DNA of 20,000 nucleotides from positions 58,959-78,958 of IMG/VR virus record IMGVR_UViG_3300002219_000864; one strand, written 5' to 3'. The notes below the pieces were generated by a model. That model had not been told where the DNA came from. It saw nothing but the letters and a program-made list of their open reading frames with translations, and did no database searches. Below are positions 15,668 through 20,000 of the stretch, in pieces; the first letter of the stretch is position 1, and each line of letters starts with the position of its first letter. The stretch is from an uncultured virus (IMG/VR IMGVR_UViG_3300002219_000864) (Duplodnaviria > Heunggongvirae > Uroviricota > Caudoviricetes). Both the position numbers and the translations under genes were made by a program.

Positions 15668-18046
15668 TCAGTTTTCACGGACAATCACCCCCTCGCCCTT
15701 TGTAAACTCCATCACCGCGTCTGCCAGGCTCATGAGGCCCGGTGTCTGGGTGATGGTTATTTCAGACCTGTACCCGCCCAACTCCAGCACTTTCTTCTTC
15801 ATCTGCCAGAATTCGACCTTCTTCTGGCTGTCGAGGGGACCGTCGGCCTCGTCGACGAACAGGGTGTCGAAACGCCTCCCGCTGGAGAGAGAGTTGTACA
15901 GACAGATTGCCTTCGTGAGCGCCGCCTCGCACCACACCCTCTCTCCGCCGCTCAGCTTCAGGATGTTCTTGGTTTCGTTCGTCTCGCCGTCGATGATGGT
16001 GATCTGAAAGACCTCCTTCTCCCCTTTCCCGCCCGCCTTTGATGCCTGGGTATCTATGCGGACGGTAAACCTGCCGCCGAACACCTGGAGCAACTGGTTG
16101 GCCAGCGAGGAGATCTGAGGCCCTGCATCATCTATGGTGAGCGCCACGATGCCATTGTCGCCGAAGGCCTTCTCCAGGGTGGCCCACTGGGATATCTCGT
16201 TGTTGAGGAAAGTTGTGCGCGCCGAGACGCCGGCCAGTTCCTCTTCTGCCTTCTCAACGGATCGCACTGCTTCCTGCGCTGCCCCGAGCGTTTCCCGCGC
16301 CCGGCGTTCACGGGAGGCGGTGGCCTCGATCTCTTTCTGTATCCGTTCGAGATCAGCCGCAAGGGCGGTTCTCCGCCTTTTTGTCTCCTGGTTGGAGGGA
16401 AGGCTGTTGGCCCGGGCAAACATGTCGGAGGCTTCGTTTTCAATGTCCAGAATCTGCGCGGTCAGGCCAGCAAGGGCTGCCTCTTTTTCTGCAGACAAAT
16501 CAGCCAGCTGCTCCGCTATATCAGGTAACGAAGCTTCGGCAAACTCTGCCCGCGCAAGGGCATCCGCCGAGTGTGCCAACTTCGTGACCGCCTCGTCTGT
16601 GCGCCACAGTTTATGCCGGGCGTCGTTGAGCTGGTTTTTGACCCTGGCAACGTCGGCACGGACCGACTCCTGGTCGCTCAAGAATACCCGCAACTCCTCA
16701 ATTTCGGAGATCAATGCCGAATCACCGCTGTCGGTTGTCTGTGCTGCTGCAAGGGCCTCTTTCAATTCCGGGATCATTTCTTTGGCTTTTACCGCGTCAG
16801 CAACAAACCGGCACTGCTGGGCCATGTCGAGGGAACATGGTACGGTGTCAAGCCCAGCCGCGCCTTTCCTCGCCTCTTCGAGGTTCCTCTCGGCCTGCTT
16901 GATGGCAAAATCTTGCTTCATCCTCATGCCCTGGAGGGCCTTTTCCTTCTCCGCTATGTCCGTTTGCATGGACATGAAGAGTGACAGAGCAGCGAGCAAC
17001 GTGTCGTGCCTGTCCTCGATCTCCTCTATTATTTCCCGCAGGCGCCTGCCTGTTGATTCGAGTTCTGACCTTTTCTCCACCTTTTTTTGCAATTCCGGCA
17101 ATGCTGCGACCAGCACGGTGGCCTTTTCCCTCTTATCCACCAGGACAAGCTTTTTCCCTTTATACTCCCTTATTCGCCGATCCCGTTGCTGCCTCACTTC
17201 GTTTGCCTTGTCCAGCTTGTCCTGGGCCAGCTTTTTCAGCGCCGCCTGTTCCTGCTGCGCTTTGAGATACACAATCAGTGTTGCGTCGCATTCATTGATT
17301 TCGTCCTGTATGACTGCTGCCTCGGCCGTGAGCATGTCGATACGCTGGATTGCCCGGGCAATCGTTTCTTTTGATTCGTCCACCATCCTTACCTTCTCCG
17401 GTTTCGTCCCGACGCTGTCGGACAGCCGCTTGCGCTCGAACAGCAATGTCTCTGCCCTGCCGGTCAGCTCCTGCTTGATCCGCCGGGCCTTCTCGGAGAT
17501 CAGTTTCAGGTGGTCGATGGTGAGCAGTTCAACGAAGAGCGCCTTGATGTCTCCCTTGCTATACTCCGCAAGAGCTCGGGCGTTCTGGCACCGGAAAATG
17601 CTGGTGAAGAAGAGCTGGGGGCTGCCTACGAGGTCCTCGACGGCCCTGTCGTAAAAATTGACCTTGCCGTCAATTCCGGGCATGGTCACCCAGCCTTCAC
17701 CCTCCTTCCGGTACAGGTAGGCTTCCTGCTTCCTTGCGTCCACGTCGATTACGATGAGCGACCGGTAGAGCTGCCCGTCGATCTCGAATTCGAAGTCCTT
17801 GACGGCGTCGCCGTAACACTGATCGTAATAGGAAAAAGCCGCCGGGCTGTACGTGGCCCCTGCCCTGTATGGCATGAGGCGGTACGGTGTGAGTGAATCA
17901 ATGATGGTGGACTTGCCGGAACCGTTGGGGCCGGACAGCACCACAATCCCCGGTGGCAGGTTCGACAGGTCGATAGTGATGTCGTCAACACCCAGGCCCG
18001 CCTTGATTCCCAAAAACCCCTTAAGCCGCAGCGATCTCGGTCTCAT
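15668..18046 (-). CDS. sbcC: SbcC/Rad50-like ABC ATPase with coiled coil
   Basis: LRLKGF; Walker A GPNGSGKS; long coiled coil; signature LSGGE; Walker B/D-loop LFVDEADGPLD; overlaps the SbcD-like gene. Confidence 0.9.
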   Translation of the reverse strand: MRPRSLRLKGFLGIKAGLGVDDITIDLSNLPPGIVVLSGPNGSGKSTIIDSLTPYRLMPYRAGATYSPAAFSYYDQCYGDAVKDFEFEIDGQLYRSLIVIDVDARKQEAYLYRKEGEGWVTMPGIDGKVNFYDRAVEDLVGSPQLFFTSIFRCQNARALAEYSKGDIKALFVELLTIDHLKLISEKARRIKQELTGRAETLLFERKRLSDSVGTKPEKVRMVDESKETIARAIQRIDMLTAEAAVIQDEINECDATLIVYLKAQQEQAALKKLAQDKLDKANEVRQQRDRRIREYKGKKLVLVDKREKATVLVAALPELQKKVEKRSELESTGRRLREIIEEIEDRHDTLLAALSLFMSMQTDIAEKEKALQGMRMKQDFAIKQAERNLEEARKGAAGLDTVPCSLDMAQQCRFVADAVKAKEMIPELKEALAAAQTTDSGDSALISEIEELRVFLSDQESVRADVARVKNQLNDARHKLWRTDEAVTKLAHSADALARAEFAEASLPDIAEQLADLSAEKEAALAGLTAQILDIENEASDMFARANSLPSNQETKRRRTALAADLERIQKEIEATASRERRARETLGAAQEAVRSVEKAEEELAGVSARTTFLNNEISQWATLEKAFGDNGIVALTIDDAGPQISSLANQLLQVFGGRFTVRIDTQASKAGGKGEKEVFQITIIDGETNETKNILKLSGGERVWCEAALTKAICLYNSLSSGRRFDTLFVDEADGPLDSQKKVEFWQMKKKVLELGGYRSEITITQTPGLMSLADAVMEFTKGEGVIVREN

Positions 18047-19253
18047 AGCTTCCCTCCATGTTTGCGTATGCCTGTTTCAGGATGTCCTCGACCTCGTTGG
18101 TCTCTAGAAGTGCCAGCTTCTCAACAATTTCTCGGGTGATCTCAGCGCCAGTCGTCTCGGCCCATCGCATGAGTTTTTCCTCCAGCGTAGCCGTCCGGCT
18201 GATTCCTTCGGCCCTGACGCGAATCTTTGGGATAATTACCTTCTCAATTTTGACGTCCGCGGCACCCCTGGCTAATGCCGCTTCCCGGATCCCCTCTTCG
18301 TCCACTTTGTGGAGGTCCTCTTCTGCTACCTCGTAAACGATTCGGACGAGTTCTCCTTGTTGCACGTCACCTACCGTGTCGACGGTCGGCAATCCCACTA
18401 TCCGTTTAGTTTTCATCACCCTCGCCGGCGTCTCATAAAAGCGGGACTCAACCACGCTGTCGTGAATGTCATGGATGTAGAATCCTTTGGCTTCCGTCTC
18501 GCCGTGGTTGAGCCGCGTGATGCTTCCGCAATAGTAAATGGTGTCCCAGGACTGCTGCTTGTGGATGTGGCCGAGCATGTATGCGTCGCATCCGGCAAGC
18601 TTCAGATCACCGGTTGTGAGTTCCAGGTCACGGCCGGTCATGACCTGGCCGGTGGAGAGCTGCGAGCCGGTCACCGTCAGGTGGCCAACGAGGATGGTCG
18701 GGATGCCTGCCTCCCGCATAACCTGGTTGACGATTGCCCACCCCTGGAACATCTCACGGATCAGAGAAGCCGTGTCCATGCTGCTGTCCTGTATGGTGCC
18801 AAGGCTGGCCGCAACCACGTTCGCTTTGGTGACCGTTGGCAGGCAGGAAACAAGTACCCTTGGCCTGGTGCCGTCGACGATCGTGCTGAAGCGTCCATCA
18901 TTCAGCAACCCTACCTGGCGCGGCCAGTCGGTGGTGTAGATGGGAAACGAGCCGGCCAGTTCACCCAGGAGGCCGACGCTGCCCGGCGCGTCATGAGTGG
19001 ACGTGCCACGGATGATGAGAACCGGCGCGATATCGGCGCATGCTTGAATGAACATGGCAGCTACCAGCGAGGCCGATGAGCCGAACACCACCGCCTCGTC
19101 ATAGACGTCCCCGGCAATGACGATTGCGTCGGGGCGTGTTTTTTCGGCTGTGTCAATAAGGTGGTCTGTGCATTTGACGATGTCGTCGAGGAGACTTGTT
19201 TTGTTGTTGTCCGTAAAGTGAAGGTCTCCTGTGTGTAAAACGCGAAGATTCAT
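18021..19253 (-). CDS. sbcD: SbcD/Mre11-like metallophosphoesterase nuclease
   Basis: LHTGDLH, IAGDVYD, RGTSTHD, LVGH, LGHIH and YCGS motifs; AAGGAGG RBS. Confidence 0.92.
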   Translation of the reverse strand: MNLRVLHTGDLHFTDNNKTSLLDDIVKCTDHLIDTAEKTRPDAIVIAGDVYDEAVVFGSSASLVAAMFIQACADIAPVLIIRGTSTHDAPGSVGLLGELAGSFPIYTTDWPRQVGLLNDGRFSTIVDGTRPRVLVSCLPTVTKANVVAASLGTIQDSSMDTASLIREMFQGWAIVNQVMREAGIPTILVGHLTVTGSQLSTGQVMTGRDLELTTGDLKLAGCDAYMLGHIHKQQSWDTIYYCGSITRLNHGETEAKGFYIHDIHDSVVESRFYETPARVMKTKRIVGLPTVDTVGDVQQGELVRIVYEVAEEDLHKVDEEGIREAALARGAADVKIEKVIIPKIRVRAEGISRTATLEEKLMRWAETTGAEITREIVEKLALLETNEVEDILKQAYANMEGSYETEIAAA

Positions 19254-19278
19254 GGTACCCTCCTTAGTATGTATTGGG

Positions 19279-19425
19279 CTACGTTCGTGCCCTCTTTAAT
19301 CCTTTCTTGTACCGGGTGCTGCTGGCATAATCTTCGAGCGCGTCTATGCGTGCCTTGAGCCCCGCTTGGTACTTGCCAGTCGTTTTAAGATCTCGAACAT
19401 CCTTCTCTTGGATGACGGGATTCAT
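19279..19425 (-). CDS. Small hypothetical protein (48 aa)
   Basis: MNPVIQEKDVRDLKTTGKYQAGLKARIDALEDYASSTRYKKGLKRART; AGGAGG RBS and ATGA overlap with the CII-like stop. Confidence 0.55.
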   Translation of the reverse strand: MNPVIQEKDVRDLKTTGKYQAGLKARIDALEDYASSTRYKKGLKRART

Positions 19426-19700
19426 AGCTCGTCTACCTCCTGTGCGATTGCTTTCTGGCCGATGCCCGACATGACCACGACGGCTCTGTATACGTCGTTT
19501 CTCACCAGCGTGTACCCGCTGTCCGCCATCATCTTTGCCAACTCGAAGCGCTTCCATCCCGCCTTCGGGTCCGATATCTTGCGGTTGAAATCCCCCTCGT
19601 CGGATCCCAGACGAATGGCCGCCGCCTTCTTGGTGCCATAGCATGCTATGAAGTCAGCGATGATCTCGTCGATCTTCTCGGCTGCCTGTTCCTCGGTCAT
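19422..19700 (-). CDS. CII-like phage transcriptional regulator
   Basis: GTKKAAAIRLGSDEGDFNRKIS is HTH-like; sits directly after the Cro-like gene; GGAGG RBS. Confidence 0.55.
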   Translation of the reverse strand: MTEEQAAEKIDEIIADFIACYGTKKAAAIRLGSDEGDFNRKISDPKAGWKRFELAKMMADSGYTLVRNDVYRAVVVMSGIGQKAIAQEVDEL

Positions 19701-19727
19701 ACAATTCCCTCCAAGAGAAATTGGTTA

Positions 19728-20000
19728 TCATTGGGAGTCCTCTCTGGTATCATTAGAAACATGAGAAAGGTCGTTATTCATATTACCGTAATGCTTGGTA
19801 TTATGAAAAAAAATATCGAGGGAGTCAAACTTGCACGCCCGTGCGATCTTTGTCAGGTTGCGGATTGTAGGCGCGTGGCCCTCCTCCCACAGACGGATAT
19901 CCTGGCGGGACACGCCCACCAGACGGCCAAACTCGGCCTGGTTCATGCGGAGGGAAAGCCGGATGATCCGTATGCTGTCGAAGTTATATTCTATCGCCAT
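19728..20000 (-). CDS. XRE-family HTH regulator (Cro-like)
   Basis: IRIIRLSLRMNQAEFGRLVGVSRQDIRLWEEGHAPTIRNLTKIA is a canonical HTH-XRE. The ATG is at the window edge, so the start cannot be confirmed. Confidence 0.85.
   Translation of the reverse strand: MAIEYNFDSIRIIRLSLRMNQAEFGRLVGVSRQDIRLWEEGHAPTIRNLTKIARACKFDSLDIFFHNTKHYGNMNNDLSHVSNDTREDSQ

Larger units (their letters stand above)
6222..20000 (-). mobile_element. Prophage (or phage-derived element) early regulation/recombination/replication operon; continues beyond the right edge
   Basis: About 20 co-oriented, mostly abutting or overlapping genes in lambdoid-like order: cro-like, cII-like, recombination, initiator, primase-helicase, ssb, VRR-NUC, small ORFs. 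No integrase or structural genes in the window. Confidence 0.85.

Noticed and set aside
16134..17654. 506-aa Ser/Ala-rich plus-strand ORF
   Set aside because: Antisense shadow of the SbcC coiled coil; its composition mirrors the opposite-strand codons.
18309..19079. 256-aa plus-strand ORF
   Set aside because: Antisense to the SbcD-like gene with no recognisable motif.
1..20000. tRNA, rRNA, IS transposase, reverse transcriptase or CRISPR-Cas
   Set aside because: None recognised by eye; tRNAscan-SE, Infernal and ISEScan would be needed to exclude them formally.

Overview
The window has two convergent blocks. Left (+ strand, 1 to ~5940) is a defence-island-like region. It holds the 3' part of a large YprA/DUF1998-type helicase ending in a Vsr/DUF559-like nuclease domain, followed immediately by a RelE-like/UvrD helicase fusion (a DISARM/ARMADA-like architecture). 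Three short HEPN-like genes follow, each bounded by a decayed integron attC-like site; no integrase is seen in the window. Right (- strand, 20000 down to 6222) is one tightly coupled prophage early/replication operon: Cro-like and CII-like regulators, SbcD, SbcC, a TcmP-like SAM-binding protein plus a ParB-DUF5131 fusion, a Gp3/RDF-like protein, a replication initiator with internal repeats, a primase-helicase, SSB, a VRR-NUC nuclease and small ORFs. It ends without virion genes. The main candidates for new biology are the apparently immobilised HEPN cassette array attached to a helicase defence operon, and the TcmP + ParB-DUF5131 module, which leaves a duplicated SbcC C-terminus as an apparent insertion scar. 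All family calls come from motif recognition by eye; no searches were run.
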